Virus record (IMG/VR): IMGVR_UViG_3300046791_000258
Span: 4,649-68,648 of that record
From: a virus
DNA: 64,000 nt
Strand: one strand, 5' to 3'
Position numbers and translations under genes: made by a program. The notes beneath the pieces are model-generated. The model ran no database searches. It was not told where the DNA came from and worked only from the letters and a program-made list of their open reading frames with translations. How positions within the stretch are numbered: the first letter of the stretch is position 1; each line of letters starts with the position of its first letter. Below, one piece after another: positions 9,509-19,879 of the stretch.

Positions 9509-11160
9509 TGCCGCCGGACGGCCAAAACTTCCCGACGGCCAAGCCGCAGCTCATGCTGAGCGAGCCGGGCATCCAGCGCGACGGCACGATGTTCAGCTCG
9601 ACCGGCTACATGGCGGGCGAGTGGTGTCGTTTCTATCAGAAGCGGCCACGCAAGATGCAGGGCTGTCGCGAGCTGCATCGCGACGTCGGCGGCATCGTGC
9701 GCGGCATGGATGTGGAAAGCTACGACGGCTACAGCTGGGTCCACCTGGGCAGCCAGAATGTGCTGCAGCGCTACACGATCAATCTGCGCACCGGCTTGCC
9801 CTCGGGCTTGGTCGACCGCACGCCGGCCGGTCTTGTTCTCAGCCCGGATAATAACTGGCAGTTCGCGCTGGTTTATAATACCGCCAACAATTCGAACCTG
9901 CTGCTCGCCCATGCCGCGCCCAATATCCAGGACATCTCCGACACCCAAGAGCGGCTGGTCTACTTCAGCGAAGTGCGCGATCCCAATGCTTTCCTGCCGA
10001 TCACCGGCTCGGAGGTGTCGGGCGGTGTCGTGTCGATGTGGCCGTACTTCCTGCGCTACGGCAACGACGGCGAGGTCTCCTGGAACGTCCCAGGCAACAT
10101 CACTGATCTTACCGGCACTGGCTCGGGCTCGGCGCGGCCGTGGGGCACCAAGATAGTGCGCGGCCTGCCAGTGCGCGGCAACGGCACTGGCCCCGCGACA
10201 CTGCTGTGGTCGCTCGATGCGCTGATCCGCTGTCAGTTCACCGGCGGCACCAGGATATTCGACTTCGACACGCTGACGACATCGAGCGCGTTGCTGTCGT
10301 CAAATGGGATTATAGAGCACGCCGGAATATATTATTGGGCGACGGTCTCGGGTTTCTCGATGTTCAACGGCGTGATTAAGGACATGGGTAACGAGACCAA
10401 TCGTCAGTTCCTGCTTCAAAATCTCAACTGGAATATGCGGCAGAAAGTCTTCGCGATGAAGATGCCGCGCTGGCATGAGATCTGGTGGTGCGCGCCGCTG
10501 TTCGGTTCGACCGAATGCAACTGGGCTTTCATTTACAATTATCTCTCGGGAGCTTGGTACGACACGCCGCTCAACGTCTCGGGCGGCGGCTTCAGCGCCG
10601 GCGTCTACGAGCAGATCTACCACTACCCGATCGTGTCTTCGCCCGAGATCAACAAGGACACTGGCGGCACCTCGTCGTGGCAGCATGACGTCGGTCTCGA
10701 CGAAGTGTCCGGCTCGCCGGCGGTGCCCAAGGCGATCCGCTCGTGGTATCGCACGCACGAGTTCAATCTCGTGCGGCCTGCGCAGCCGGGCCAGAACGGT
10801 CAGAACCAGACCATGTCGTTCTCGTTGATCGAGCCCGACTTCAAGCAGCGCGGCGACCTGCAGATCTATCTGCTGAGCCGCGCCAACGCGCGCGCCAACA
10901 CGCGACGCAAGGGGCCGATGATCGTGCCGGCGGTGCCGAGCGGCGCCGAGCAGATCGCCAAGACGAAGTTCACCGGCCGCCTCACCAGCTTCGTCGTGCT
11001 GAGCAATCAGCTCGGTGGCCACTACGAGGCGGGCTCGCCTCTGTTCCACTGGCAGCCGGCCGACGCGCGCACCGAGGATGGCGGCGCCCAGCCGACCGAG
11101 CTCGATACCGAGTTCCCGATCTTCCCTGACCCCCTGCCACGCAGCGAGGTGCCGGCGTGA
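9508..11160 (+). CDS. Tail nozzle / DNA-stabilisation (P22 gp10/T7 gp12-like) protein
   Basis: About 550 aa beta-propeller-like; PGIQRDGT N-terminus, EIWW, YNY...W, IEPDF motifs. Confidence 0.65.
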   Translation: MPPDGQNFPTAKPQLMLSEPGIQRDGTMFSSTGYMAGEWCRFYQKRPRKMQGCRELHRDVGGIVRGMDVESYDGYSWVHLGSQNVLQRYTINLRTGLPSGLVDRTPAGLVLSPDNNWQFALVYNTANNSNLLLAHAAPNIQDISDTQERLVYFSEVRDPNAFLPITGSEVSGGVVSMWPYFLRYGNDGEVSWNVPGNITDLTGTGSGSARPWGTKIVRGLPVRGNGTGPATLLWSLDALIRCQFTGGTRIFDFDTLTTSSALLSSNGIIEHAGIYYWATVSGFSMFNGVIKDMGNETNRQFLLQNLNWNMRQKVFAMKMPRWHEIWWCAPLFGSTECNWAFIYNYLSGAWYDTPLNVSGGGFSAGVYEQIYHYPIVSSPEINKDTGGTSSWQHDVGLDEVSGSPAVPKAIRSWYRTHEFNLVRPAQPGQNGQNQTMSFSLIEPDFKQRGDLQIYLLSRANARANTRRKGPMIVPAVPSGAEQIAKTKFTGRLTSFVVLSNQLGGHYEAGSPLFHWQPADARTEDGGAQPTELDTEFPIFPDPLPRSEVPA

Positions 11161-11387
11161 GCATCGAGATCGTCCTGCTGCCCAACCCCTTCACCATGGA
11201 CTGGCAGCCGTGGGCCGACACGGTGGCCGGCTACAACCCAGGTCTCGCGACCGAGGTCGACCCCGCGGCGCCCTGGCAGGAGTTCGCCCAACGGTTTTCC
11301 GAGGCGGTGCCGACGGCGCCGTCGCCCGATCTGTTCACGGCGTGGCAGGACTGGGCGGCGGCAGTGAAATTGGCGCTGCAGGTTTGA
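11157..11387 (+). CDS. Small Trp-rich conserved tail-region protein
   Basis: P..MDWQPWAD...WQEFA...P..F..WQDWA; coupled to the upstream gene. Confidence 0.6.
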   Translation: MSIEIVLLPNPFTMDWQPWADTVAGYNPGLATEVDPAAPWQEFAQRFSEAVPTAPSPDLFTAWQDWAAAVKLALQV

Positions 11388-11412
11388 CCGCGATGTTTAC
11401 GATGTTTACGCT
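11384..11412 (+). promoter_or_regulatory. Sigma70-type promoter giving a probably leaderless HNH mRNA
   Basis: TTGACC-N17-TACGCT; ATG at 11418 with no SD; tandem CGATGTTTA repeat in the spacer. Confidence 0.5.
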
Positions 11413-11417
11413 AAAGA

Positions 11418-11804
11418 ATGGCCCCTTTCACGTTTCCCGACAGCAACTGCAGCAAGTGCGGAAACCCGAATTATCGGCATCCCCGGCCCTACTGCCACCC
11501 CTGCTGGGCGGCCTACATGCGGGAGTACCGGCGGACCCATTCGACGCCCCGAAACAGGCCGGATCGGGTGGTCCGCCAGCGGGTGAACAACCGCGCTTTG
11601 CTGGCCAAAAGACGAGGCCGTCTCGTGCCCGAGCCGTGCGAGTGGTGCGGCTCGCCGCACACCGAGATGCACCATCCCGACTATGCGGCTCCCGAGGCCG
11701 TTCGTTGGCTGTGCCGGGAGTGTCACACTCGCCTGCACAAGGTCCAGCGGGTCGCGCCTACGGTCGATTTGAGGAAGCCCCCTAGTTGGGCGACTGAAAC
11801 GTAG
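11418..11804 (+). CDS. HNH-type zinc-finger endonuclease
   Basis: CSKC...CHPC and PCEWCG...HHPDY...VRWLCRECHTRLH. Confidence 0.75.
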   Translation: MAPFTFPDSNCSKCGNPNYRHPRPYCHPCWAAYMREYRRTHSTPRNRPDRVVRQRVNNRALLAKRRGRLVPEPCEWCGSPHTEMHHPDYAAPEAVRWLCRECHTRLHKVQRVAPTVDLRKPPSWATET

Positions 11805-11872
11805 AGTAGATTGTTGATCTGAGCGCTGGGGCAAGCGGCCGCTCGAAGACGCCTCTTTGAGGAGCCCTAGGC

Positions 11873-13975
11873 ATGACCATGCAGTCCCAGCGCGACGCCG
11901 ACCGCCAGGAGCGTGAAGCTCGCCGCCGCGAGCAGGGCCAGACGGCGTTTAGCGGGCCTTCCTGGTGGCAGCGCAACTTCGGGGGTGTGGACCCCACCCA
12001 TCCCAGCGAACGTGCCCAGAAGGCCTGGGACAGCTCCATGGACGAGTTTATCCGGTCCGGCCGCTACGCCGCCCAGAACCCGCTCGGGCGCCTCGACGAC
12101 CAGAGCCGCACGGCGGCCTACGATCCGATGGCCGACTACCCCGATCCGCGCAACGCCCAGCCGGTCGACTTCAGCGGTCGGACCTTGTGGGACAACGGTC
12201 CGATGGCCAATCAGGGCCAGCCGGTGACCAAGCTGTCGACGGCGCCGGCGATCGCCAAGAAGATCAACGCCACCCTGCAGCCGCAGCCGTCGTCGAACTA
12301 CGACGTGCCGCCCGACGCCTACTCGCCCGACCGCGGGGTCCAGCCGCAGTTCTCGGACAACTACGACGTGCCGCCCGACGCCCAGGCAGCGCCGGCGCCC
12401 CAGGCCTATGCCGGCACCCGCTACCCCGATGAAGACTATCTGCCACCTAGTTGGTGGCCGACGGCGGCGGCGGTGGCGCCCAGCGTGCCACCCCGGGTGC
12501 CGCGGCCGGTCCAGGCGGGCATGATCCCGCCGGCGTGGCTCGACGCGGCGAGCTCGTGGTTCCGGCGCAAGAAGGCCGAGGGTGGTCCGGTCGGCTACGC
12601 CGAGGGCGGACGACCGGATCTGAGCGGCTTCATGCCGCTGACTGCCTTTGGCGGTCCCGGCAAAGTAAGTGCGGCGCATGCGGTGGTCGGTCAGAACGCA
12701 CCGATGCCGACGGGATCGCTGGCGGGCGCGCGGAGCGGCGGCGCCGACGACGGCATGAGCAAGGGTACGTCGGCGATGCTCGGCAACATGATCAAGGGTT
12801 TCCGCAAGGGTGCCAACCCCGACAGCGACATCGATCAGCAGATCGCCGACTGGTCGAAGTATTACGATGGCGGTCCGGTGCGGGGCTACGCCCAGGGCGG
12901 CATGTTCGAAGGCGACATGAACACTGAGGGCGCGCTCGGCATGCTCGATCCGGCGGCCGGTTTGATCGGTGGCATCTTGGGCGGCGGCAAGGAAGGTGGC
13001 GGTGGCCTTGGCGATATCGCCAAGCTGCTGTCGCCCCTGGGGATGCTCCTGGGCGGGGGTGGTGGCGGCGGTCTGTTCGCGCACGGTGGACCGGTCGGCT
13101 ATGCCGGCGGCGGCGGCATCGAAGATTTCCTGGGCGGTGATGCTCTGGGCGGTCTCGGCAAGCCGCAGGACGACGACGACTTCAAGCCGCTGTCGGCGTT
13201 CGGTGCGCCGTCGAATATCGGCGAGAGCCACGCGGTGGTCGGCCAGAACGCGCCGGCGCCGTCGATGGGAGGCGGTGGTGGAGGCGGCGGCAGCAGTGGT
13301 GGAGGCGGTGGCGGCTTCGGCGACATCCTGAAGATGGGCATGTCGATCTTGCCTGCGGTGCTGCCGATGTTCAGCGACGAGCGGCTCAAGGACAACATCA
13401 AGCCGGTGGGCAAGACGCGCTCGGGCATGAAGGCGATCCAGTTCAACTACAAGGGATCGCCGCACACCCAGATCGGCTTGTCGGCGCAGGACGTCGAGAA
13501 GAAGCGGCCCGAGGCAGTCGGCGAGGTCGGCGGCTACAAGACGGTCGACTACAAGAAGGCGCTGATGGCGTTCGGTGGTCCGATCCCGATGATGCGCGGT
13601 GGCTATCCCGAGCTCTACACGCGGCCGACCCGCAAGACCTTCTCAACCGGCGGCGGCGACAACTACGTGCGGCCCGACGGGCGTGGCAATGGCCGCAGCG
13701 ATCACATCGATGCGTCGCTCTCTCCAGGCGAGTTCGTGATGGATGCCGAGACGGTGTCGCTGGCCGGCGACGGCGACAACGATGCTGGCGCGCGCCAAAT
13801 GGAGAACCTGCGCAAGAACATTCGCGTCCACAAGGGCAGGCAGCTCGCCAAGGGCAAGTTCTCGCCCAAGGCGAAGCCGGTCGAGAGCTACATGAGCCCC
13901 AAGCTCACGGCGGCCGATCGTGCGGCGCATGCCGGCATGAGTGAAGGTCTTGGTCAGATCGGGAGGCGCAAGTGA
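11873..13975 (+). CDS. Internal virion protein with GG repeats and an internal peptidase S74-like domain
   Basis: FSDERLKDNIKPVG...QIGLSAQDVEK..PEAV...VDY at about 13370-13560; C-terminal GRSDHIDASLSPGEFV domain; multiple xAxGGPV motifs. Confidence 0.7.
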   Translation: MTMQSQRDADRQEREARRREQGQTAFSGPSWWQRNFGGVDPTHPSERAQKAWDSSMDEFIRSGRYAAQNPLGRLDDQSRTAAYDPMADYPDPRNAQPVDFSGRTLWDNGPMANQGQPVTKLSTAPAIAKKINATLQPQPSSNYDVPPDAYSPDRGVQPQFSDNYDVPPDAQAAPAPQAYAGTRYPDEDYLPPSWWPTAAAVAPSVPPRVPRPVQAGMIPPAWLDAASSWFRRKKAEGGPVGYAEGGRPDLSGFMPLTAFGGPGKVSAAHAVVGQNAPMPTGSLAGARSGGADDGMSKGTSAMLGNMIKGFRKGANPDSDIDQQIADWSKYYDGGPVRGYAQGGMFEGDMNTEGALGMLDPAAGLIGGILGGGKEGGGGLGDIAKLLSPLGMLLGGGGGGGLFAHGGPVGYAGGGGIEDFLGGDALGGLGKPQDDDDFKPLSAFGAPSNIGESHAVVGQNAPAPSMGGGGGGGGSSGGGGGGFGDILKMGMSILPAVLPMFSDERLKDNIKPVGKTRSGMKAIQFNYKGSPHTQIGLSAQDVEKKRPEAVGEVGGYKTVDYKKALMAFGGPIPMMRGGYPELYTRPTRKTFSTGGGDNYVRPDGRGNGRSDHIDASLSPGEFVMDAETVSLAGDGDNDAGARQMENLRKNIRVHKGRQLAKGKFSPKAKPVESYMSPKLTAADRAAHAGMSEGLGQIGRRK

Positions 13976-16461
13976 GCAAGCGGCGCACGGCGTTCGGTCC
14001 TCCGCGGCGCAAGCGCGGGCAGAAGGGTATGTTCCTGGGCGGCCTGTTTGGCGCCGGCAGCACCGCGGGTCCAAGCAGCTCGGGATCGTCGAGCAGCACG
14101 ACGTCGACGCAGATCGATCCGGGCGGCAACTACACGCCGCTGATGGAGTCGGTGCTCGGTGTCGGCCAGGGCCTGCTCAACAAGCAGTACGAGGGCTACG
14201 ACCCGTCCAAGCGCTTCGAAGGCTTCAGCGCCGACCAGACGGCGGCGCAGCAGGGCGTGCGCGACGCCCAGGGCAACTGGCAGCCCAACTTCAATCAGGC
14301 GCAGACCGCGTTGAATGCTGGTCAGGCCGGCGCCGCGGGTGTCGGTGCGGCAGGCCAGACGGCGTTTGGTACTGCGGCGGCAGGCCCTGGTGGTCTCGGT
14401 GCAGCCAACCCGTACCTCAACAAGGCGAGCGGCAGCTGGACCGATCCAGGCACCGCCAGCGCCTGGATGAACCCCTACACCAAGAACGTCACCGACGCGA
14501 CGGCGCAGCAGGCGAACGAGGCGTTCCGCGGGCCCGGTGGTGCTCTCGAAGGTCTCACCGGTGCGTTCACCGGTGGCGGCGCCGCGCAGTTCGGTCGCGA
14601 GCGCATGGGCGACGTCGCGGGCAAGCTCTCGGCCGACTTCGGCCGCGGCCTGACGCAGTCGCTCGCGACGGTCAACCAGCAGGGCTACAACCAGGGCCAG
14701 ACGGCGTTCGGCAACGAGCAGCAGCGCATGGGCCAGCTCGGCCAGACCGCCGGCGGCCTGGGCGTGCAGGACGTCCAAGCGCAGACCAACCTGGGAACCG
14801 CTCAGACCAACGCGGCGGCCACCGGCGCGCGTTCGAACATCGAAGCGGGGCAAGCCCAGTCGAAGATGGGCCAGGACACTTCGGCGGCGGCCTACAAGGA
14901 CGCCTCGATGCTCGGCACCAGCGGCGCCACGCAGCAGGCGTTCGGCCAGCAGGCGAAGGACTTCGACTACCAGCAGAACCGCGAGGCCTACAACTGGGAC
15001 TTCCAGCGCGCCCAGCAGGCGCAGAGCTTGGCCCAGGGTTGGCAGCTGCCGACCACGACCAACAGCACGACGAGCACCCAGCAGCAGACCACCCAGCCGA
15101 GCGGCTCGGTGGCCGGCAACATCCTGGGAGCGGCGACGGCGATCGGCGGTCTGTCGACCGGCAAGGACACCACGGTGGCCGGCGACGTCGGCACGTGGCT
15201 GGGCAAGCAGACCGCGGCCGAGGGTGGTCACATCCATGCGGCAACGGGAGGCCACCTCGCGTTCGGTCCAGGTGGTCAGGTGCCGGTCACCCGCGCGGTA
15301 CGAGCGCGCGCCCAGCGCCGGCAGCCGGCGATCATGGCCCGCCTGCAGGCCATGGGAGGGCCTGGGATCACGCCCGGCCAGACCCCCGGTATGATGCCGC
15401 CACCCACCGCGTTCGCGTCTGGCGGCCGGGTTTACCCGGTCCAGAGCCGGACCAAGGACTACGAGCTCTATCATCCCTCGATGTGGCAGGAGGACTGGAG
15501 CGGCCTCGGCTGGGCGCGCGGTGGGCAGGTCGATGACGACGCGCATGATCGCGAGATGATCCGCAACGCGGTGTGGGCGCACGAGCGCGCGATGCACGAT
15601 GCCAACGATCGCCAGCTGACGGCGCTCAAGCGCTTCGCCTTCGGCGGGCCGGTCGGCTATGCCGAGGGCGGCTCGTCGAACTTCATCCCGGTCGGTGGCG
15701 GCACTCGTGTGGCGCCGACGGCGTTCGATGACATGCGCGATCCGCGCGTCGATCCGGCGCCCACGAGCATGATGGTGCTGCCGATGGATATTCTGGGCGG
15801 TGCAGCGACCGGAGCGGCTGGCACCGGCCAGGGCGGTGTCGGAGGTGCGGGTGCCGATGCGGCGTCGGAGGGCAGCGCGGCCGCAGGCACCAGCGGCGAT
15901 GCCGGCAGCGACGGTGGTGGCACCTACGCCTTCGGTGGTCGAGCTCGCTACGACGAAGGCGGCCCGAGCGACACCAGCGACTGGTTCGCACAGCGCGATG
16001 CGATGCGTCGAGCCAACCTGCGCCAGCGCTTGATGGAGAGCACGCTGCGCAACAGCGAACACGAGAGCGAAGCTCGCGCCGATCCGGCCGGCTATTGGGC
16101 CGACACTTCGAAGCAGTTCGCGCGCGGTCTGCTGAGCCCGACCACGTTGCTCGGCGTTCCTGGCAGCGCGCTCAACATGTGGCGCGACTTCGCTGATCTC
16201 GAAGGCAAGTCGTCATTGCCGACCTACAGCGGCATGAACCGCTTCCTCGACAACACCTTCGGTGATCCACGCACGGCCGGCGGTCGTGGGGGATCGGAGG
16301 CGGGTCGCACGTTGGCCAATGCCTTCGGTGTCGGTGCTGGCAATCGTGTTGCCAGTGGCATCGGTGGCCTGAGCAGGTTGGGCCGCACCCTGGCAGGCGC
16401 AGCTCCCTTCGGTGACGCCTGGAACCTCGGCAACGTCCTGCAAAGCGCGTTCGGTGATTGA
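13972..16461 (+). CDS. Internal virion / DNA ejection (pilot-like) protein
   Basis: Gln/Gly/Ala-rich helical region with WMNPYT; GG motifs in the C-half. Confidence 0.65.
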   Translation: MSKRRTAFGPPRRKRGQKGMFLGGLFGAGSTAGPSSSGSSSSTTSTQIDPGGNYTPLMESVLGVGQGLLNKQYEGYDPSKRFEGFSADQTAAQQGVRDAQGNWQPNFNQAQTALNAGQAGAAGVGAAGQTAFGTAAAGPGGLGAANPYLNKASGSWTDPGTASAWMNPYTKNVTDATAQQANEAFRGPGGALEGLTGAFTGGGAAQFGRERMGDVAGKLSADFGRGLTQSLATVNQQGYNQGQTAFGNEQQRMGQLGQTAGGLGVQDVQAQTNLGTAQTNAAATGARSNIEAGQAQSKMGQDTSAAAYKDASMLGTSGATQQAFGQQAKDFDYQQNREAYNWDFQRAQQAQSLAQGWQLPTTTNSTTSTQQQTTQPSGSVAGNILGAATAIGGLSTGKDTTVAGDVGTWLGKQTAAEGGHIHAATGGHLAFGPGGQVPVTRAVRARAQRRQPAIMARLQAMGGPGITPGQTPGMMPPPTAFASGGRVYPVQSRTKDYELYHPSMWQEDWSGLGWARGGQVDDDAHDREMIRNAVWAHERAMHDANDRQLTALKRFAFGGPVGYAEGGSSNFIPVGGGTRVAPTAFDDMRDPRVDPAPTSMMVLPMDILGGAATGAAGTGQGGVGGAGADAASEGSAAAGTSGDAGSDGGGTYAFGGRARYDEGGPSDTSDWFAQRDAMRRANLRQRLMESTLRNSEHESEARADPAGYWADTSKQFARGLLSPTTLLGVPGSALNMWRDFADLEGKSSLPTYSGMNRFLDNTFGDPRTAGGRGGSEAGRTLANAFGVGAGNRVASGIGGLSRLGRTLAGAAPFGDAWNLGNVLQSAFGD

Positions 16462-16463
16462 TC

Positions 16464-17969
16464 ATGGCTGAGCCCGATCCCTACGCCGATCCCTATGCCT
16501 CGCCAGCTCCGGTCACGGTCCAGGCACCACCGCAGGACTACGGCAACCCGAGCGCCTACGCGCCGATGCTCGAACGCCACCAGACGGCGTTCAACGAGCG
16601 CGAGAAGGAGCGGCAGCAGATCGAGGCCAAGCAGCAGCTCAACACCGACCAGATGTCGACCCTCCTGGAGGACGCGGCGAAGACCATCCGCAAGAGCCGC
16701 GAGGGCCGCTCGAACCTGCCGATGATCGCGCTCGGCGCCGGCATGATGGGCACGCCTGGAGACTTCGGCACCCAGGTCGGTGCCGGCCTGCGCGCGATGG
16801 TGCCGCAGATCCAGAAGCAGCGCGAGGACGAGGACAAGACCGAGCTGACGCTCGCTGAGCTGGGCACCAAGGCGGGCGAGATCCGCAACATGCCGCTCAA
16901 GACCAAGCTCGACTATCTGAAGGCGATCCAGCTTGGCGATATCGCGACGATCCGCGCCATCGAGACCGCGCAAGTGCGCGCCCAGGCGCAGCAGGGCAAC
17001 AAGAGCGGCACGCTCGATCTCAACACCCAGAAGGCGCACGCCGCGGTGATGCAGAAGGCCTCGGCCGAGGCCTTCAAGCAGCTCCAGGAGCTGAACAAGG
17101 ACAACGACTACACCCAGGAGGAGATGCAGAAGGTCTACTCCGATCTGCTCAAGCAGCAGATCACTCTCCAGGCGGGCGCGTCGGGCATGCAGCTCAACGA
17201 CGAATACGTCAACAAGGCGCTGCAGGCGCAGATGCCGGGTATGGGTGTCGCGTCCAACCAGTTCCCCAATCTGGCCGACATGAAGGCAGAGGGCGAAAAG
17301 GAAGGCCTGCCGGCGATGCCGCCGACCTACGACACGATGGGCGCCAAGGATCGCAGCAAGCAGCGCCTGAAGGAGGCTGAGGCTTACCGCAAGGAGAGCA
17401 CAAAGTGGGACGAGCAGGCCGGCACTGACAAGACCATGGACAACGACCTGCGCGAGGCCCAGGCGATCATCCAGGCGAACCCCGATCTGATCGGCAAGAT
17501 CAAGGGTCGCGGTTGGAACATATCGCCGGAAGCGGATCGTCTGGCGAAGATCCTGGCGCGTCTCGAAACTACCAGCGTACCCAAGGGCCAGGGGCAGATC
17601 ACCGACTTCGAGCGTCGGCTGTTCAAGGAAGCGCTGCCGACGATGACCAGCAACCCGGAGGCTGCGTTGCGCACTCTCCAGGTGATGCGCGACGCCAACA
17701 ACCGCAGCTCCGAGCAGCGCGCGTTTATGGACAAATACTACCGCACCTATCGCACGCTCGAAGGCGCGAACACCAAGTGGGAAGAGTACATGAAGTCGCC
17801 GACCGGCTCCTACGTGACCGAGCAGGGCGGCAAGCTGGTGCCCAACGCCGATCGGATGTCGTCCGACATCTACTTCAAGTGGCAGCGCATGGGCTCGCCG
17901 GAAGTTCGCCGGGGGCCAAACGGCGAGTGGATGGTGCGTCGCGACGGTAAGGTCGAGGTGCTGAAGTGA
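16464..17969 (+). CDS. Internal virion / ejection protein
   Basis: Coiled-coil rich; GQGQITDFERRL motif typical of ejectosome-like proteins. Confidence 0.6.
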   Translation: MAEPDPYADPYASPAPVTVQAPPQDYGNPSAYAPMLERHQTAFNEREKERQQIEAKQQLNTDQMSTLLEDAAKTIRKSREGRSNLPMIALGAGMMGTPGDFGTQVGAGLRAMVPQIQKQREDEDKTELTLAELGTKAGEIRNMPLKTKLDYLKAIQLGDIATIRAIETAQVRAQAQQGNKSGTLDLNTQKAHAAVMQKASAEAFKQLQELNKDNDYTQEEMQKVYSDLLKQQITLQAGASGMQLNDEYVNKALQAQMPGMGVASNQFPNLADMKAEGEKEGLPAMPPTYDTMGAKDRSKQRLKEAEAYRKESTKWDEQAGTDKTMDNDLREAQAIIQANPDLIGKIKGRGWNISPEADRLAKILARLETTSVPKGQGQITDFERRLFKEALPTMTSNPEAALRTLQVMRDANNRSSEQRAFMDKYYRTYRTLEGANTKWEEYMKSPTGSYVTEQGGKLVPNADRMSSDIYFKWQRMGSPEVRRGPNGEWMVRRDGKVEVLK

Positions 17970-19879
17970 CCGACCTCAACGACCTGTGGGAGACTGCCCG
18001 ACCGGTGCAGCCTGGAGGCGGCACGACGGCTGGCACCACCGGGCCGCGGCAGCCGCAGCAGCAACCCAACACCACCACCGTGGCGCCGGTCGACGAGCAG
18101 TGGAATGCCGCCAAGCCGGTGAACCCCGACTACGGCAGCACCGCGGTGCCAGTGACGGCACCCGATGCGACGTCGGCGCCGCACGACCCCTCCTGGGCCG
18201 AGGCGGGGAAGGCGATGGTTGACCCTCGCAAGATCAAGGAATCGCTTGCTCAGATGGGCCAGGACATCGTCGAGGGTGGCAGCAAGGCGGTACACGATCT
18301 GGTCGCTGACCCCCTGGGCGACATCGACAAGAGGCTGAAGCGATCGGCGAAGTTCCTCGGCTCGCCTGGGCTGAGCTTCGCGCTGCCGTTTATGAACGAG
18401 GAGATGCAGGCCAAGGTCAAACAGGTGATGGGTGGAGCGGCGCCGGAAGGCGATCCGATCGTCCAGGCTCTGATCGAGCGCTACGGCAGCCTCGATAAAT
18501 TGCGCAACACGATGTTCAAGGATCCCGGCGGCACGTGGCTCGACATCGCGTCGATCTTCGCCGGCGGCGAGAGCTTGGCAGCGCGCGGTGCGGCGCAGGG
18601 CGTGCGAGGTGCGGGGACGACGGCGAAGATTGCCGGCATCGGCGCGCGTCTCGATCCGATCACGCTGGCGGCGCGCGGCATCCCCGAGATCGGCCTCCCA
18701 GGCCTTGAGAGCGTGGCGTCGAAGGCGATCCCCAAGACCCTGGGCTGGCGCTCGGGCGTTGGGCCCGAGGTCATCACCGACATCAAGGACATCCACAAGC
18801 CGGGCAGTGAGTCCTGGAACAAGTACGGCGAGGAGGGCCCCAAAGACTTCAACGACGCCTTCAAGGGCAACGTCACGCCACGTCAGGTCGTCGACCGTGC
18901 CGAGCAGGGCATCGACAATATGCGGAGCAGCGCCAACCTCGGCTACGGCCTCAACAAGGACGAGTGGCTGAACGCTGGTGGCAAGCTCGACATGTCGGTG
19001 ATCGATCAGGCCGAGAACGACATGCGCGCGAGCCTGCACACCAGTGGCGGGTCGAGCCTGCTCAGCGAGGAGCAGCGTAAATCTTTCACCAAGATGCAGG
19101 AAATCATCGACGAGTTCCGCAAGCGCGGTCCTGGTGGCTGGACGGTCGAAGAGATGGACGCGCTAAAGCGCAACCTCAACAAGATCTCGGTGCCGCTCGG
19201 CGATCGCGAGCTGCTGCGTGTCAGGACGGCTCTCTCCAATTCGGTGAAAGACAACATCCTGGCCAATGCGTCGGGCACCAAATACCACGAGTCGATGGGT
19301 CAGTATCAGGCGGCGATGACTGACCTCGATGAGATGAAGAGCGCGCTGTCGCTCGGTAAGGATGCGCCTCAACACACCGTGATGTCGAAGCTGCAGTCGA
19401 TCCTGCGCAACAACGCGGCGACACAATACGGCACACGTCAGGGGCTGTTCGATCTCCTGGAGAAGGAGGGCGGCGTTCGTCTCAAGCCGTGGTTGCTCGG
19501 CATGGCGACCAACGTCGATGCGCCGCGCGGCATCACCGGCGCGATCGCTGGCGGTGGCGGCGGTGGTGCAGGCCTTGGCGCTGCTACCGGTATGCTTTTG
19601 GGCGGCCCGGGCGGCGCTGCGGCGGGCGCCGGTGCGGGCGCCATTCTTGGTATACCGATGGCGATGGCTGACATGTACGCGCGATCGCCGCGGGTTGCTG
19701 CTCGTGTTGGCAGGACGATGGGGGAGCACGGCGACGCCTTCTCGGAGGCCTTCCCCCTGGCGCGCTACGGCGCCTATTCAACCGGCCACGAGAATCGGGA
19801 GGAGGATGAGAAGAAGCGCCAGCACAAGGCGACCGGGGGCACTGTGCGAAAGGCGGCGTTTTCCAGGTACACGAGATGA
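17966..19879 (+). CDS. Internal virion / DNA transfer protein
   Basis: Helical, with a Gly/Ala hydrophobic stretch followed by SPRV; terminal HKATGGTV. Confidence 0.6.
   Translation: MTDLNDLWETARPVQPGGGTTAGTTGPRQPQQQPNTTTVAPVDEQWNAAKPVNPDYGSTAVPVTAPDATSAPHDPSWAEAGKAMVDPRKIKESLAQMGQDIVEGGSKAVHDLVADPLGDIDKRLKRSAKFLGSPGLSFALPFMNEEMQAKVKQVMGGAAPEGDPIVQALIERYGSLDKLRNTMFKDPGGTWLDIASIFAGGESLAARGAAQGVRGAGTTAKIAGIGARLDPITLAARGIPEIGLPGLESVASKAIPKTLGWRSGVGPEVITDIKDIHKPGSESWNKYGEEGPKDFNDAFKGNVTPRQVVDRAEQGIDNMRSSANLGYGLNKDEWLNAGGKLDMSVIDQAENDMRASLHTSGGSSLLSEEQRKSFTKMQEIIDEFRKRGPGGWTVEEMDALKRNLNKISVPLGDRELLRVRTALSNSVKDNILANASGTKYHESMGQYQAAMTDLDEMKSALSLGKDAPQHTVMSKLQSILRNNAATQYGTRQGLFDLLEKEGGVRLKPWLLGMATNVDAPRGITGAIAGGGGGGAGLGAATGMLLGGPGGAAAGAGAGAILGIPMAMADMYARSPRVAARVGRTMGEHGDAFSEAFPLARYGAYSTGHENREEDEKKRQHKATGGTVRKAAFSRYTR

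Noticed and set aside
13680-13800. Tape measure protein, based on the GRSD.I.A.LS.GEFV motif
   Set aside because: The motif also occurs in tape measures, but there are no tail tube or chaperone genes and the context is podoviral ejection proteins
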